Of a stretch of 29,237 nt of DNA, positions 15,844 to 26,762 are shown one piece after another. The first letter of the stretch is position 1, and each line of letters starts with the position of its first letter. This DNA comes from an uncultured Actinomycetes bacterium (GTDB taxonomy: Bacteria; Actinomycetota; Acidimicrobiia; Acidimicrobiales; Microtrichaceae): contig CAJANQ010000537.1 in NCBI GenBank assembly GCA_903941145.1, forward strand, positions 1-29,237, written 5' to 3'. The notes beneath the pieces were generated by a model that was given only the letters and a program-made list of their open reading frames with translations, made no database searches and was not told the DNA's origin. The position numbers and the translations under genes were made by a program.

Positions 15844-17166
15844 TCACTTGCTGGAGAGGAAGCCCTCGTAGTTGCGCATCATGAGCTGGCTGTCGACCTG
15901 CTTCATCGTCTCGAGGGCCACGCCCACTGCGATGAGGAGCGAGGTGCCGCCGAGCGAGTAGGCCGCACCCGAGCCGCTGGAACCGATGAGGTAGCGCAGG
16001 AGGATGGTCGGCGTGATCGCGAGGATGGCGATGAAGATGGCGCCCGGCAGCGTGATCCGGTTCAGCACCTTGGACAGGTACTGCTCGGTCTGCGGCCCGG
16101 GGCGGATACCCGGGATGTAGCCGCCCTGCTTGCGGAGGTTGTCCGCCTGCTGCACCGGGTCGAAGGCGATCGCCGTGTAGAAGTACGTAAAGCCGATGAT
16201 GAGCAGTGCCAGGAACATCAGGTACAGCGGGTTGATCGTGTTGGCGAGGTTGTCGTTGATCCACTTGGACAGGCTCGCGCCCCAGCCGCCCGACGGGAGG
16301 ACCTGGGCGAGCAGCACCGGCAGGTTCAGGACGGCGCTGGCGAAGATGATCGGGACCACGCCGGCCTGGTTGACCTTGAGCGGGATGTACGTGGACTGGC
16401 CGGCGTACATCTTCCGGCCGACCACACGCTTGGCGAACTGCACCGGGATCCGGCGCTGGCCCAGCTCGATGTAGACGATGAACCCGAGCAGCACCAGGAA
16501 GAACGCTGCGAAGACGACCAGCTTCCATGCTCCTGCGGCGTAGACCGCCGAGAAGGCTCCCGGAAGGCCCGAGACCACGGACAGGAAGATGATGAGGGAC
16601 ATGCCGTTCCCGATGCCGCGGGTGGTGATGAGCTCACCCATCCACATCAGCAGCGCCGTGCCGGCGGTGAACGTGAGGACGATCAGCGAGACACGCAGCG
16701 GGGTGAAGTTCGGGACCAGGTCCAGGTTGTTGGAGCCGCCGACGAGGCCGCCACCACCGTTGTGGAACAGGAACACGAGTCCGGTCGACTGGAGGACGGC
16801 GATGCCGATGGTCAGGTACCGGGTCCACTGGGTGATCTTGCGCTGACCCGTGGCTCCCTCCTGCTGCCAGTCCTGCAGCTTGGGGATCACCACCGTCAGG
16901 ATCTGCATGATGATCGACGCCGTGATGTACGGCATGATCCCCAGCGCGAACAGGCTGAACTGGGTCAGCGCGCGGCCGCTGAACAGCTGGAGGAAGGCGA
17001 GCACGCCGCCCTGGCGGGCCTGGTCCTCGATCGCGTTGACGGCGTTCTGGTCGACGCCCGGCACGGGCAGGTAGCAGCCGAACCGGTAGACGACGAGGAT
17101 GAACAGGGTGAACAGGATCTTGTTACGAAGATCCGGCACCTTGAAGACGTTGCCGATTCGGGACAC
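15844..17166 (-). CDS. secY: Protein translocase subunit SecY
   Basis: 440 aa multi-pass protein. FSLFALGIMPYITASIIMQIL, GIGNGMSLIIF, IPLKVNQAGVVPIIFA, GYIPGIRPG and GTSLLIAVGVAL. Confidence 0.98.
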   Translation of the reverse strand: MSRIGNVFKVPDLRNKILFTLFILVVYRFGCYLPVPGVDQNAVNAIEDQARQGGVLAFLQLFSGRALTQFSLFALGIMPYITASIIMQILTVVIPKLQDWQQEGATGQRKITQWTRYLTIGIAVLQSTGLVFLFHNGGGGLVGGSNNLDLVPNFTPLRVSLIVLTFTAGTALLMWMGELITTRGIGNGMSLIIFLSVVSGLPGAFSAVYAAGAWKLVVFAAFFLVLLGFIVYIELGQRRIPVQFAKRVVGRKMYAGQSTYIPLKVNQAGVVPIIFASAVLNLPVLLAQVLPSGGWGASLSKWINDNLANTINPLYLMFLALLIIGFTYFYTAIAFDPVQQADNLRKQGGYIPGIRPGPQTEQYLSKVLNRITLPGAIFIAILAITPTILLRYLIGSSGSGAAYSLGGTSLLIAVGVALETMKQVDSQLMMRNYEGFLSSK

Positions 17167-17238
17167 GCTCGCTCCTGTCAGCGGATGACGTCGGCCGACG
17201 GTAGCCGATCCGCACCGGGGTGCGGGTCAGGCTCCCGG

Positions 17239-17724
17239 TCAGCGGTTGGTATGGGCACTGCCCTTGAACGCCGGACGCACTGCGAACGGCAGGTCGAGCT
17301 TCTCGACGGAGCCGCCGGCGCCGGTGATCGCCGTCTCGGCCGAGGCCGAGCAGGCGTGGACCTTGACGGTGACCTTGCGGGTCAGCTCGCCACGGCCGAG
17401 CACCTTCACGAGCGCACCCTTGGACACAAGGCCCTTGGCGAGCAGCGACTCGGGGGTCACCTCGTCGAGGCCTGAGGCCTCGATCGTGTCGAGGTTGACC
17501 GCCTGGTACTCCACGCGGAACGGGTTGTTGAAGCCGCGCAGCTTGGGGATGCGCATGTGCATCGGGAGCTGGCCGCCCTCGAAGCCCACGGGCACGGTGT
17601 TGCGTGCGCGCTGGCCCTTGGTGCCGCGGCCGGCGGTCTTGCCGCCCTTGCCACCGATGCCTCGGCCGACGCGCTTCGCCTTGCGGTTCGCTCCGTCAGC
17701 CGGCTTGAGATCGTGAATCTTCAT
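17239..17724 (-). CDS. rplO: 50S ribosomal protein L15
   Basis: Start trimmed to ATG 17724 (MKIHDLKPA). RVGRGIGGKGGKTAGRGTKGQ, GFEGGQLP and KVLGRGEL. Confidence 0.97.
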   Translation of the reverse strand: MKIHDLKPADGANRKAKRVGRGIGGKGGKTAGRGTKGQRARNTVPVGFEGGQLPMHMRIPKLRGFNNPFRVEYQAVNLDTIEASGLDEVTPESLLAKGLVSKGALVKVLGRGELTRKVTVKVHACSASAETAITGAGGSVEKLDLPFAVRPAFKGSAHTNR

Positions 17725-17737
17725 GTCGGTCTGCCTC

Positions 17738-17917
17738 TCAGACTTCCTCGACCTGGACGAGGTGCGGCACCTTGGCGATCTGACCGCGCGCGTCCGGGGT
17801 GTCCTCGAGCACGTGGCTCTTGCCGATCCGGCCAAGGCCGAGCGCACGGAGGGTGCCGCGCTGCTTGGGCTTGGTCCCGATCGAGGACTTGACCTGGGTG
17901 ACCTTGAGCTGACCCAT
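17738..17917 (-). CDS. rpmD: 50S ribosomal protein L30
   Basis: [36 protein letters not shown] overlap with the rpsE stop. Confidence 0.96.
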   Translation of the reverse strand: MGQLKVTQVKSSIGTKPKQRGTLRALGLGRIGKSHVLEDTPDARGQIAKVPHLVQVEEV

Positions 17918-18483
17918 CACGCCACCTCGGTGGGCTCGGGCGCCGGACCACGCTCAGTGTCCTGGTAGGCCTTGAGCAGGCCGGCCGGAACGATCTCCTC
18001 GGCGGGAAGGCCGCGCAGCGCAGCGATCTCGTCGGGACGACGGAGCGACCGGAGTCCCTCGATGGTGGCCTTGGCAACGTTGATGTAGTTGGAGGAGCCC
18101 AGCGACTTGCAGAGCACGTCGTGGATGCCAGCCTCCTCGAGGATGGCGCGGGCCGCACCGCCGGCGATCACGCCGGTACCGGGAGCAGCCGGCTTGAGCA
18201 GGACACGGCCAGCACCCTGCACACCGATCACGGTGTGGATGATGGTGTCACCGGCAAGGGCGACACGGAACAGGTTGCGGCGTGCCTCTTCGGTGCCCTT
18301 CTGAATGGCGAGGGGCACCTCCTTGGCCTTGCCGTAGCCCAGGCCCACACGGCCTGCACCGTCACCGATCACCACGAGTGCGGTGAACGAGAACCGGCGA
18401 CCGCCCTTGACCACCTTGGCCACGCGGTTGATGTGGATGACCCGGGACTCCCGGAGCTCGGGACCTTCGTGGATCGACTTCAT
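17917..18483 (-). CDS. rpsE: 30S ribosomal protein S5
   Basis: [32 protein letters not shown] and [12 protein letters not shown]. Confidence 0.98.
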   Translation of the reverse strand: MKSIHEGPELRESRVIHINRVAKVVKGGRRFSFTALVVIGDGAGRVGLGYGKAKEVPLAIQKGTEEARRNLFRVALAGDTIIHTVIGVQGAGRVLLKPAAPGTGVIAGGAARAILEEAGIHDVLCKSLGSSNYINVAKATIEGLRSLRRPDEIAALRGLPAEEIVPAGLLKAYQDTERGPAPEPTEVA

Positions 18484-18848
18484 CAGAACTCCAGTCCTGC
18501 TTCTCGGGCGGCGTCGGCGAGGGCGGCGACACGGCCGTGGTAGCGGAAGCCACCCCGGTCGAACACGACCTTCTCGACACCTGCAGCCTTGGCGCGCTCG
18601 GCGACGAGCTTGCCCACCTCTGCGGCAGCGCCGCAGTTCGAGGTGCCACCGCCACGGAGGGACGGCTCAAGGGTGCTGGCGGCGGCCACGGTACGACCGG
18701 AGAGGTCGTCGATGACCTGGGCCACGACGTGCCGGTTGGACCGGAACACGGCGAGGCGCGGACGCTCGGCGGTGCCGGCGACACTCTTGCGGACCCGCGC
18801 GTGGCGCCGGTTCTTGAGGTCGCGCTTCTTCTTCGACTTGTCGCTCAT
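18483..18848 (-). CDS. rplR: 50S ribosomal protein L18
   Basis: Start trimmed to ATG 18848. [12 protein letters not shown] and [23 protein letters not shown]. Confidence 0.97.
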   Translation of the reverse strand: MSDKSKKKRDLKNRRHARVRKSVAGTAERPRLAVFRSNRHVVAQVIDDLSGRTVAAASTLEPSLRGGGTSNCGAAAEVGKLVAERAKAAGVEKVVFDRGGFRYHGRVAALADAAREAGLEF

Positions 18849-18855
18849 CAGTGCC

Positions 18856-19395
18856 TCACTTACCGGCCTTGCCGGCCTTGCGGCGGACATGCTCGTCGAC
18901 GTAGCGGATGCCCTTGCCCTTGTAGGGCTCCGGCTTGCGCCACGCACGGATGTCCGCAGCGACCTGGCCGACCAGCTGCTTGTCGATGCCGAGCACCTCG
19001 ATACGGGTGGGCTGCGGCACGTTGAACTCGATGCCCTCAGGGGCCTTGACCAGCACGGGGTGCGAGAAGCCGAGGGAGAGCTCCAGCTCGGAGCTGCCCT
19101 TGGTCGCAGCGCGGTAGCCGACGCCCACGATGTCGAGGTCCTTGCGAAACCCCTCGGACACGCCGGTGACCATGTTGGCGATCAGCGACCGCACCAGGCC
19201 GTGGAGTGCACGGCTCTTGCGCTCGTCGTTGACGCGCTCCACAGTCAGGACACCCTCGTCCTGGCTGACGGTGATCTGCTCGGGGAGCTCACGGGTGAGC
19301 TCGCCCTTGGGACCCTTCACGGTGATCGAGGACCCGGCGATGCGGACCTCGACCCCGGAGGGGACGGTGATAGGGGCCTTGCCGATGCGAGACAT
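18856..19395 (-). CDS. rplF: 50S ribosomal protein L6
   Basis: Start trimmed to [20 protein letters not shown] and [11 protein letters not shown]. Confidence 0.98.
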   Translation of the reverse strand: MSRIGKAPITVPSGVEVRIAGSSITVKGPKGELTRELPEQITVSQDEGVLTVERVNDERKSRALHGLVRSLIANMVTGVSEGFRKDLDIVGVGYRAATKGSSELELSLGFSHPVLVKAPEGIEFNVPQPTRIEVLGIDKQLVGQVAADIRAWRKPEPYKGKGIRYVDEHVRRKAGKAGK

Positions 19396-19405
19396 CAGTC
19401 CAACC

Positions 19406-19810
19406 TCACCAGACGTGGCAGAGGACTTCACCACCGAGCCGCTGGCGTCGAGCCTCGCGGTCGGTCATGAGTCCCTTGCTCGTGGACAGGACGGCGATAC
19501 CCAGGCCGCCGAGGACGCGCTCGACCTCGTCGTACTTGCGGTACACACGGAGGCCGGGCTTGGACACGCGGCGGATGCCAGAGATCACTCGACGACGGTC
19601 GGGCGAGTACTTCATCCCGATGCGCAGGACCTGGCCAGGTCCCTTCGGGTTGTCACTCACGTCGTAGTCGACGATGTAGCCCTCCTTGACCAGCAACGTG
19701 GCCAGGTTGGTCTTGAGCTTGGAGGCCGGCATGACCACCTCGTCGTGCATCGCCACGTTGGCGTTGCGGATACGAGTGAGCATGTCGGCGATGGGGTCAG
19801 TCATTCCCAT
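19406..19810 (-). CDS. rpsH: 30S ribosomal protein S8
   Basis: [34 protein letters not shown] and GGEVLCHVW. Confidence 0.98.
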   Translation of the reverse strand: MGMTDPIADMLTRIRNANVAMHDEVVMPASKLKTNLATLLVKEGYIVDYDVSDNPKGPGQVLRIGMKYSPDRRRVISGIRRVSKPGLRVYRKYDEVERVLGGLGIAVLSTSKGLMTDREARRQRLGGEVLCHVW

Positions 19811-19827
19811 AAGTCAGTCCTCTCCCC

Positions 19828-20013
19828 TCACCAGCTGGCCTTGGTGATGCCAGGGATCTCCCCGGCATGGGCCAGATCGCGAAGGCACACCCGGCACAGG
19901 CCGAACTTGCGGTACACCGAGCGCGGTCGCCCGCACTTGAGGCACCGGGTGTATGCCCGGACCTTGTACTTGGGCTTGCGCTGCTGCTTCTGCTTCAGAG
20001 CCTCGGTCGCCAT
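19828..20013 (-). CDS. rpsN: 30S ribosomal protein S14, type Z (Zn-binding)
   Basis: Start trimmed to ATG 20013, 61 aa. [16 protein letters not shown] and PGITKASW. Confidence 0.97.
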   Translation of the reverse strand: MATEALKQKQQRKPKYKVRAYTRCLKCGRPRSVYRKFGLCRVCLRDLAHAGEIPGITKASW

Positions 20014-20014
20014 G

Positions 20015-20578
20015 TCACTGCCCCTCACGACGGAACGGGAAGCTGAAGGCATCGAGCAAAGCCTTGCCTTCGGCATCGGTACGAGCTGTTGTCACGATGG
20101 TGATGTCCATCCCTCGGGAGGCATCAACCTTGTCGTAGTCGATCTCCGGGAAGATCAACTGTTCGGTCACGCCGAACGTGTAGTTGCCGCGGCCGTCAAA
20201 GCTGCGGGGCGACAGACCACGGAAGTCACGGATACGGGGGATCGCCAGGGTCACCAGGCGGTCGAAGAACTCCCACATCTGGTCACCGCGCAGCGTCACC
20301 TTGACGCCGATGGCGTTGCCCTCACGGAGCTTGAAGCCGGCGATCGACTTCTTGGCCTTGGTGATGATGGGCTTCTGGCCGCAGATGATCGTGAGGTCGC
20401 TGACGACCTTGTCGAGGAGACCCTTGTTCTCCACGGCCTTGCCGGCGCCGACGTTCACGACGATCTTCTCGAGCCGCGGCACCTCCATGATGTTGCCGAG
20501 CTCGAGGGTCTCCTTCAGGGAGGACCGGATCTCGTCGTTGTACTTCGCCTTGAGGCGAGGAATGGTCGTGGTGGTCAC
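20015..20578 (-). CDS. rplE: 50S ribosomal protein L5
   Basis: [42 protein letters not shown] and FPEIDYDK. Confidence 0.98.
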   Translation of the reverse strand: MTTTTIPRLKAKYNDEIRSSLKETLELGNIMEVPRLEKIVVNVGAGKAVENKGLLDKVVSDLTIICGQKPIITKAKKSIAGFKLREGNAIGVKVTLRGDQMWEFFDRLVTLAIPRIRDFRGLSPRSFDGRGNYTFGVTEQLIFPEIDYDKVDASRGMDITIVTTARTDAEGKALLDAFSFPFRREGQ

Positions 20579-20880
20579 AGTTCACCTCCGTCGCGCTTCG
20601 CGACACGGACCTTCTTGCCGTCGCCGGCCACGCGGAAGCCCACACGGGTGGGCTTGCCGTCCGCGGCCACCACGGCCACGTTCGAGGCGTCGATCAGCAT
20701 CGTCTTGTCGATGATGCCGCCCTGCTGCATGGAGCGGGTCGGCTTCTGGTGGCGCTTTGCGACCGCCACGCCCTGGACCTCGATCTTGCCGGCCTTCGGA
20801 ACGACGCGGAGGACCTCGCCCACCTTGCCCTTGTCCTTGCCGGACAGGACCTGGACCTTGTCACCCTTACGGATCTTCAC
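20575..20880 (-). CDS. rplX: 50S ribosomal protein L24
   Basis: [22 protein letters not shown] (KOW motif) and IDASNV. Confidence 0.97.
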   Translation of the reverse strand: MKIRKGDKVQVLSGKDKGKVGEVLRVVPKAGKIEVQGVAVAKRHQKPTRSMQQGGIIDKTMLIDASNVAVVAADGKPTRVGFRVAGDGKKVRVAKRDGGEL

Positions 20881-20881
20881 G

Positions 20882-21250
20882 TCAGATCACCTCCGGGGCG
20901 AGCGAGACGATTCGCATGAACTTCTTGTCGCGCAGCTCGCGGCCCACCGGGCCGAAGATGCGCGTGCCACGGGGCTGCTTCTGGTCGTTGATCAGCACGG
21001 CCGCGTTCTCGTCGAAGCGGATGTAGCTGCCGTCCGGCCGGCGGCGCTCCTTCTTGGTACGGACGACGACGCACTTGACGACGTCGCCCTTCTTGACGGC
21101 CGCTCCGGGGAGGGCGTCCTTCACGGTGGCCACGAACACATCGCCGATCGAGGCGTAGCGACGCTTGGAGCCGCCCAGCACCTTGATGACCAGGACCTCG
21201 CGGGCCCCGGAGTTGTCGGCGACCCGCAGCCGGGTCTCCTGCTGAATCAT
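20882..21250 (-). CDS. rplN: 50S ribosomal protein L14
   Basis: [37 protein letters not shown] and SLAPEVI. Confidence 0.98.
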   Translation of the reverse strand: MIQQETRLRVADNSGAREVLVIKVLGGSKRRYASIGDVFVATVKDALPGAAVKKGDVVKCVVVRTKKERRRPDGSYIRFDENAAVLINDQKQPRGTRIFGPVGRELRDKKFMRIVSLAPEVI

Positions 21251-21519
21251 CGGGCACGCTCCAGTACCTCGACGACCCGCCAGCGCTTCTGCTTGGACAG
21301 CGGCCGGGTCTCCATGACACGCACGCGGTCGCCGATGTTCAGGTCGTTCGACTCGTCGTGCACGTACAGCTTCTTGGCCCGCTGGAGGGTCTTGTTGTAC
21401 TTGGGGTGACGGACACGCTCGGTCACGGTGACGACCGCGGTCTTGTCCATCTTGTCGGAGGTCACGATCCCCTCACGGACCTTTCGGGCCGCACGGGTCT
21501 CGGTGGTCTCTTCACTCAT
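21247..21519 (-). CDS. rpsQ: 30S ribosomal protein S17
   Basis: [35 protein letters not shown]. Confidence 0.97.
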   Translation of the reverse strand: MSEETTETRAARKVREGIVTSDKMDKTAVVTVTERVRHPKYNKTLQRAKKLYVHDESNDLNIGDRVRVMETRPLSKQKRWRVVEVLERAR

Positions 21520-21734
21520 CACGCCTCACCCTTCTCGGCGGCCTTGATCTCGTGCGCACGGAGCGCACCGAGGAGCCGGGCGATGTCCTTCTTGGTCTGC
21601 TTGATGCGGGCGGAGTTGTCGAGCTGGCCGGTGGCCAGCTGGAACCGCAGCTTGAACAGGCGGTCCTTCTCCTCGGCCAGCCGGTCCACCAGCTGTTCCG
21701 GGCCCAGGTCGCTCACGGAGTGCTTGTTCGCCAT
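21519..21734 (-). CDS. rpmC: 50S ribosomal protein L29
   Basis: LFKLRFQLATGQLDNSARIKQTKKDIAR. Confidence 0.96.
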   Translation of the reverse strand: MANKHSVSDLGPEQLVDRLAEEKDRLFKLRFQLATGQLDNSARIKQTKKDIARLLGALRAHEIKAAEKGEA

Positions 21735-22150
21735 CAGTACGTCTCCTCACGGGTGACGATGCGTGCCTTGATCGGCAGCTTCTGGATGGCACGGTTCAGC
21801 GCGCCCCGGGCGACCTCGTCGTCGGGGTACGAGAGCTCGAACATGATCCGGCCGGGCCGGACCACGGCCACCCAGCGCTCCGGGTTGCCCTTGCCGGAAC
21901 CCATGCGGGTCTCGGCCGGCTTCTGCGTGATCGGCTTGTCCGGGAACACGTTGATCCAGACCTTGCCGCCACGCTTGATGTAGCGGGTCATCGCGATACG
22001 GGCGGCCTCGATCTGACGGGCGGTGATCCAGCCCGGCTCGAGGGCCTGGATGCCGTACTGGCCGTACGACACCTCGGTGGCGCCCTTGGCGTTGCCCTTC
22101 ATGCGACCGCGCTGCTGCTTGCGGTGCTTGACCTTCTTTGGCATCAACAT
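21734..22150 (-). CDS. rplP: 50S ribosomal protein L16
   Basis: [36 protein letters not shown] and RMGSGKG. Confidence 0.98.
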   Translation of the reverse strand: MLMPKKVKHRKQQRGRMKGNAKGATEVSYGQYGIQALEPGWITARQIEAARIAMTRYIKRGGKVWINVFPDKPITQKPAETRMGSGKGNPERWVAVVRPGRIMFELSYPDDEVARGALNRAIQKLPIKARIVTREETY

Positions 22151-22152
22151 GA

Positions 22153-23058
22153 TCAGTCACCGTCCCCGGCGCGGAAGTGGGGGGTCTCGTGGTGCTCACG
22201 GGTGGACGCCTCGATGGCCTCCTCCTCGGCGAGCAGTCGCTCGAACTCCGGGTCCGCCTCGCCGACCAGCGGCTTGACGTCCTCGGCCGGCTCCTCGGTG
22301 GCAGCGGGCTGCTCGGGGGCCGGGGCCTGCGGACGGGTGGACACGACGCGGGGGCGCTGCTCTCCGGCGGTCTCACCCACCGCCATCGCTGCTTCCTTGG
22401 CGATCTTGTCCTCGTTCGTGGACTTGTAGGGCAGGATGTCGCCCTTGTAGATCCAGACCTTCACGCCGATGCGGCCGTAGGTGGTCCGGGCCTCGCGGAA
22501 GCCGTAGTCGATGTCGGCACGGAGCGTGTGCAGCGGCACACGGCCCTCTCGGTACCACTCGGTACGGGACATCTCGGCGCCACCGAGGCGGCCAGAGCAC
22601 TGGACACGGATGCCCAGGGCGCCGGCCTTCTGCGCGTTCTGGACCGCACGCTTCATCGCACGCCGGAAGGCGATGCGGTTGGCGAGCTGGTCGGCCACAC
22701 CCTGGGCGATCAGCGCAGCGTCGAGCTCGGGCTGCTTGATCTCCTGGATGTTCAGCTGGATCTTGGGGTTGCCGGTCAGCTTGGTGAGGTCGGCACGAAG
22801 CTCGTCGGCCTGGGCCCCACGACGGCCGATCACGATGCCCGGACGGGCCGTGTGCACGTCCACCCGCAGGCGGTCGGTCGTGCGCTCGACCTCGATACGG
22901 CTGATTGCCGCGTTCGGGAGCTTGTTCATGAGGTAGTCGCGGATCTTCCAGTCCTCGATGAGGTAGTCCACGTACTTCTCACGGGTGGCGAACCAGCGCG
23001 ACTTCCAGTCGGTGGTGACGCCCAGGCGGAACCCGTACGGGTTGACCTTCTGTCCCAT
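22153..23058 (-). CDS. rpsC: 30S ribosomal protein S3 with C-terminal extension
   Basis: [45 protein letters not shown] and GVKVWIYKG, then about 90 extra residues. Confidence 0.98.
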   Translation of the reverse strand: MGQKVNPYGFRLGVTTDWKSRWFATREKYVDYLIEDWKIRDYLMNKLPNAAISRIEVERTTDRLRVDVHTARPGIVIGRRGAQADELRADLTKLTGNPKIQLNIQEIKQPELDAALIAQGVADQLANRIAFRRAMKRAVQNAQKAGALGIRVQCSGRLGGAEMSRTEWYREGRVPLHTLRADIDYGFREARTTYGRIGVKVWIYKGDILPYKSTNEDKIAKEAAMAVGETAGEQRPRVVSTRPQAPAPEQPAATEEPAEDVKPLVGEADPEFERLLAEEEAIEASTREHHETPHFRAGDGD

Positions 23059-23789
23059 CAGTCGTCCTTCTTTTCGGTCTCGTCGGCGTCGGAGGCCTCG
23101 GCCTCGTCAGCAGCTGCCTCGTCGGCGGCGTCGGTGGTCTCGTCGGCGGCGGCCTCGTCGGCGGCCTCGGCCTCGACGACCTCGGTCTCGGCCTCGGTGG
23201 TCACGGCCTCGTCGGTCGTCTCCTCCGCAACCTCTGCGGCGTTGGCTGCCTCAGTGGTCTCGGGCTCGACGGTCTCGTCAGCCTCCGGGGCCTCGTCCTG
23301 CTTGGACTTGGCGACGCGGCGGGCACGGGACGCAGCGGCGTCGGCAGGACGACGGCCAGAGGCCTCCTGGCGGCGTCGGATCTCGTCGAACTCCTCGACG
23401 GAGTAACGGCCCACGATGATCGTGATGTGGCACGTGCGCTTGCGGATGCGGGTGGCACGGCCACGGGCACGCGGGCGCCAGCGCTTCATGGTCGGGCCCT
23501 CGTCCGCGTAGGCGGTGGTCACGAACAGCTCTTCCGGCGGGATGTCGTTGTTGTTGCCGGCGTTGGCCACGGCGGAGTCGAGGACCTTGACGATCACCTC
23601 GGCCGCACCGCGGTCGCAGAACTGGAGGATGGTGCGGGCCTCGGCCACGGACTTGCCGCGGATCAGGTCGAGCACGGCACGGGCCTTGGTGGCCGACATG
23701 CCCGCGTTGCGGTGCACGGCGCGCACACCGGGGCGCTCGTTGGTCTTGCGGGCCTGACGGGCCTCGCGCTCTTCAGCGGTGATGGACAT
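23058..23789 (-). CDS. rplV: 50S ribosomal protein L22 with N-terminal and long acidic C-terminal extensions
   Basis: Start trimmed to ATG 23789 (TGATG overlap with the rpsS stop), 243 aa. [32 protein letters not shown] and CHITIIV. Confidence 0.95.
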   Translation of the reverse strand: MSITAEEREARQARKTNERPGVRAVHRNAGMSATKARAVLDLIRGKSVAEARTILQFCDRGAAEVIVKVLDSAVANAGNNNDIPPEELFVTTAYADEGPTMKRWRPRARGRATRIRKRTCHITIIVGRYSVEEFDEIRRRQEASGRRPADAAASRARRVAKSKQDEAPEADETVEPETTEAANAAEVAEETTDEAVTTEAETEVVEAEAADEAAADETTDAADEAAADEAEASDADETEKKDD

Positions 23790-24073
23790 CAGCGACGACC
23801 CTTCGCCGTCTTCTCCTGCCCGGCGTGGAACTTGAACGTCCGGGTGGGGGCGAACTCGCCCAGCTTGTGGCCGACCATCGACTCGGTGACGTACACGGGC
23901 ACGTGCTTGCGCCCGTCGTGCACGGCGATGGTGTGGCCGATCATCTCGGGGATGATCGTGGAGCGGCGCGACCAGGTCTTGATCACGCTCTTCTGGCCCT
24001 GTTCGTTGAGCGCGTCCACCTTCTTGAGCAGGTGGTCGTCCACGAACGGACCCTTCTTGAGGCTGCGAGGCAT
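23789..24073 (-). CDS. rpsS: 30S ribosomal protein S19
   Basis: [20 protein letters not shown] and [11 protein letters not shown]. Confidence 0.98.
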   Translation of the reverse strand: MPRSLKKGPFVDDHLLKKVDALNEQGQKSVIKTWSRRSTIIPEMIGHTIAVHDGRKHVPVYVTESMVGHKLGEFAPTRTFKFHAGQEKTAKGRR

Positions 24074-24088
24074 CGGTCAGTTCCTCCG

Positions 24089-24925
24089 TTACCGCCGCGA
24101 GCCGCGGGTACGGCGGCGCCGGACGATGAGCTTCTGGGACGGCTTCTTCTTGTTGCGGGTACGGCCCTCGGGCTTGCCCCACGGCGACACGGGGTGACGA
24201 CCACCAGAGGTCTTGCCCTCGCCACCACCGTGCGGGTGGTCCACCGGGTTCATGGCCACACCACGGGTCTGCGGGCGGACGCCCTTCCAGCGGTTACGGC
24301 CGGCCTTGCCGATCTTGATGAGGTCGTGCTCGGCGTTGCCCACCTCGCCGACAGTGGCGCGGCAGTCGATCGGGACGCGGCGCATCTCGGTCGAGGGGAG
24401 GCGCAGGGTGGCGTAGTCGCCCTCCTTCGCCACGAGCTGGATGCTCGAGCCGGCGGAACGGGCCATCTTGCCGCCCGCACCTGGCTTGAACTCGACGTTG
24501 TGGACGACGGTACCGACCGGGATGTAGCGCAGCTGGAGGGCGTTGCCAGGACGGATCTCGGCGCCGTGGCCGGACTGGAGCAGGTCGCCGACCTTCACGT
24601 CCTTCGGGGCGAGGATGTAGCGCTTCTCGCCGTCGAGGTAGTGCAGGAGGGCGATGCGGCACGTGCGGTTGGGGTCGTACTCGATGGCCGCGACCTTGGC
24701 CGGCACGCCGTCCTTGGTCCGCTTGAAGTCGATGATGCGGTACTGCTGCTTGTGGCCGCCACCGCGGTGACGCGCCGTCTTGCGACCGACGTTGTTCCGG
24801 CCGCCCGTCGAGGACTTCTTCGCCAGGAGCGACTTCTCGGGACGGTCACGGGTGATGTCGGCGAAGTCGGAGACGGTCTGGAACCGACGGCCGGGGCTGG
24901 TGGGCTTGCGCTTACGAACTGCCAT
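24089..24925 (-). CDS. rplB: 50S ribosomal protein L2
   Basis: [33 protein letters not shown] and [17 protein letters not shown]. Confidence 0.98.
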   Translation of the reverse strand: MAVRKRKPTSPGRRFQTVSDFADITRDRPEKSLLAKKSSTGGRNNVGRKTARHRGGGHKQQYRIIDFKRTKDGVPAKVAAIEYDPNRTCRIALLHYLDGEKRYILAPKDVKVGDLLQSGHGAEIRPGNALQLRYIPVGTVVHNVEFKPGAGGKMARSAGSSIQLVAKEGDYATLRLPSTEMRRVPIDCRATVGEVGNAEHDLIKIGKAGRNRWKGVRPQTRGVAMNPVDHPHGGGEGKTSGGRHPVSPWGKPEGRTRNKKKPSQKLIVRRRRTRGSRR

Positions 24926-24926
24926 G

Positions 24927-25226
24927 TCACTTCACCTCGAACAGGTCGATCTGGTCGGCACCCTGGGACAGGGTGACGATGGCCCGCTTCTGGTCGGTGG
25001 TGGTGCCGAAGGTGTTGGAGCGGCGGTTACGACGACGCTTGCCCTTGCGGTTCAGCGTGTTGACGCTCGAGACCTTCACGCCCGGCCAGATGGCCTCGAC
25101 GGCGTCGCGGATCTCCGGCTTCGAGGCGTTCGGGGCGACCACGAACGTGAAGACGCCGGAGTCGAGCAGCCCGTAGGACTTCTCGCTCACGACCGGTCGG
25201 ATGATGACGTCGCGGGGATCCTTCAC
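24927..25226 (-). CDS. rplW: 50S ribosomal protein L23
   Basis: Start trimmed to GTG 25226 (GTGA overlap with rplD). [21 protein letters not shown] and KRAIVTL. Confidence 0.96.
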   Translation of the reverse strand: MKDPRDVIIRPVVSEKSYGLLDSGVFTFVVAPNASKPEIRDAVEAIWPGVKVSSVNTLNRKGKRRRNRRSNTFGTTTDQKRAIVTLSQGADQIDLFEVK

Positions 25227-25873
25227 GATGCGGCCTCCACGGACTCGTTCGCGTCGCCGGCGGGCTCGGCCGTCGGCAGGGTGTTGGTGGTGAACACCAC
25301 GTAGTCGTTGACCAGCACGTCGTACGTGTTGAGCTGGCCCGCCGAGAGCACATGGGCCTCGGGCAGGTTGCGGAAGCTCTTCTGGGTCACGACGTCGTCG
25401 TGGTCCACGACCACGAGGACACGGCCGGTCACGCCGAGGGCGGTGAGTGCCGCCTTGGCGTCCTTGGTGCTCGGGGCGTCGAAGTCCCAGCCGGCCACGA
25501 CGATGACCTTGTTCTCGGCCGCACGGTCCGACAGGGCGGAGCGCAGGGCGAGACGCTTCATCTTCTTGGGCGTCCGCTGCGAGTAGTTGCGGGGCTTGGG
25601 GCCCAGGGCGACACCGCCACCGCGCCACTGCGGCGCACGGATCGAGCCCTGACGGGCACGGCCGGTGCCCTTCTGCTTGAACGGCTTGGCGCCACCGCCG
25701 GCGACCTCGGAACGGGTCTTGGTCGACTGGGTGCCAGAACGCTTCGCGGCGAGCTGGGCCGTCACGACCTGGTGCATCACCGGCACGTTGGGCTCGATGC
25801 CGAACACGGCGTCGTCGAGCTCGACGGTCCCCTGCTCGCCACCCGAGCGGGTCCGGACCTTTACGTTTGCCAT
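25223..25873 (-). CDS. rplD: 50S ribosomal protein L4
   Basis: TKTRSEVAGGGAKPFKQKGTGRARQGSIRAPQWRGGG and KSFRNLP. Confidence 0.98.
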   Translation of the reverse strand: MANVKVRTRSGGEQGTVELDDAVFGIEPNVPVMHQVVTAQLAAKRSGTQSTKTRSEVAGGGAKPFKQKGTGRARQGSIRAPQWRGGGVALGPKPRNYSQRTPKKMKRLALRSALSDRAAENKVIVVAGWDFDAPSTKDAKAALTALGVTGRVLVVVDHDDVVTQKSFRNLPEAHVLSAGQLNTYDVLVNDYVVFTTNTLPTAEPAGDANESVEAAS

Positions 25874-26535
25874 CAGGCCGCACCCCCGGCGACCCGCTGG
25901 CCGCCCTTGATCGCGTCACGCACGAGCACCAGCCCGCCGCGAGGGCCCGGGACGGCGCCACGGACCAGCACGACCTGCTGCTCCGCGTCCGCACGGACGA
26001 CCTCGAGGTTGAGGGTGGTGACCTGCGCGGCACCCATGCGTCCGGCCATCCGGACACCCTTGAACACGCGGGCCGGTGTGGCGCACTGGCCCACCGCGCC
26101 CGGCTTGCGGTGCACGCGGTGCGCACCGTGCGAGGCCGGCTGGCCCTTGAAGTTGTGACGCTTCATGACGCCGGCGAAGCCCTTGCCCTTGGAGACCGCG
26201 GTCACGTCGACGAGCTGGCCCGCCTCGAACACGTCGGCGGCGAGCTCCTGGCCCACCTGGAACTCAGAGACGTCCTCGAGCCGGAGCTCGACGAGGCCCA
26301 GACCAGGCTCGACGCCGGCGGCCTCGAAGTGGCCTGCCTTGGGACGGTTGAGCTTGCGGGCGTCCTTGTGACCGTACGTGACCTGGAGCGCTGCGTAGCC
26401 GTCGCGCTCGGCGGTACGGATCTGCACGACCCGGACCGGGGAGACGCGCAGCACAGTGACCGGCACGACGACGTTGTCGTCGGTCCAGATCTGGGTCATG
26501 CCCAGCTTCTCTCCTACTAGTGCCTTGTTCGCCAT
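25873..26535 (-). CDS. rplC: 50S ribosomal protein L3
   Basis: Start trimmed to ATG 26535 (AAGGA 9 nt upstream). [35 protein letters not shown] and [13 protein letters not shown]. Confidence 0.97.
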   Translation of the reverse strand: MANKALVGEKLGMTQIWTDDNVVVPVTVLRVSPVRVVQIRTAERDGYAALQVTYGHKDARKLNRPKAGHFEAAGVEPGLGLVELRLEDVSEFQVGQELAADVFEAGQLVDVTAVSKGKGFAGVMKRHNFKGQPASHGAHRVHRKPGAVGQCATPARVFKGVRMAGRMGAAQVTTLNLEVVRADAEQQVVLVRGAVPGPRGGLVLVRDAIKGGQRVAGGAA

Positions 26536-26757
26536 GTCGGCTGTTCCTTCGGTGTCGGTGGCGCTGTCGTCCGCCACTCACGCGAACGCTCCGCACGGGC
26601 GAGCCCGGCGGAGCGGCGATTCGGTTGTGCCGTGGGGTAACCGTTCTGCCAGCTGGCGGGCCGGTCGGCCACGGACGTCGGTTTTCGTGGTTCCCCCGAC
26701 CAAGCGTTGGCCGGACGGAGGGACCTGAGCCAGGAAGTACAACCTTCCTGGGCGACC
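26536..26757 (-). ncRNA. Candidate structured leader of the rplC operon
   Basis: Stems at 26730-26751 (CCAGGAAG/CTTCCTGG), 26587-26615 (12 bp with one bulge) and 26558-26577 (GTGGCG/CGCCAC), between a putative promoter and the rplC SD. Confidence 0.45.
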
Positions 26758-26762
26758 GGGAG

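Noticed and set aside
15388-21409. 695-aa (15388-17475) and 759-aa (19130-21409) plus-strand ORFs
   Set aside because: Antisense to secY, adk and r-protein genes. They are explained by strongly biased codon usage of highly expressed genes and show no domain signatures.
23080-23300. Tandem DNA repeats (GCCTCGTCGGC-like) in rplV
   Set aside because: Explained by the low-complexity Ala/Asp/Glu coding sequence, with no regular period.
24927-26126. 399-aa and 374-aa (23058-24182) ORFs suggesting fused r-proteins
   Set aside because: Open upstream frames overlapping rplD/rplC and rpsS/rplB. The real rplW and rplV starts overlap the upstream stops in the usual translational-coupling pattern.
26562-26571. 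CGACAGCGCC shared between the rplC leader and the truA repeat
   Set aside because: A 10-nt GC-rich match in opposite orientation relative to the genes, which is expected by chance.
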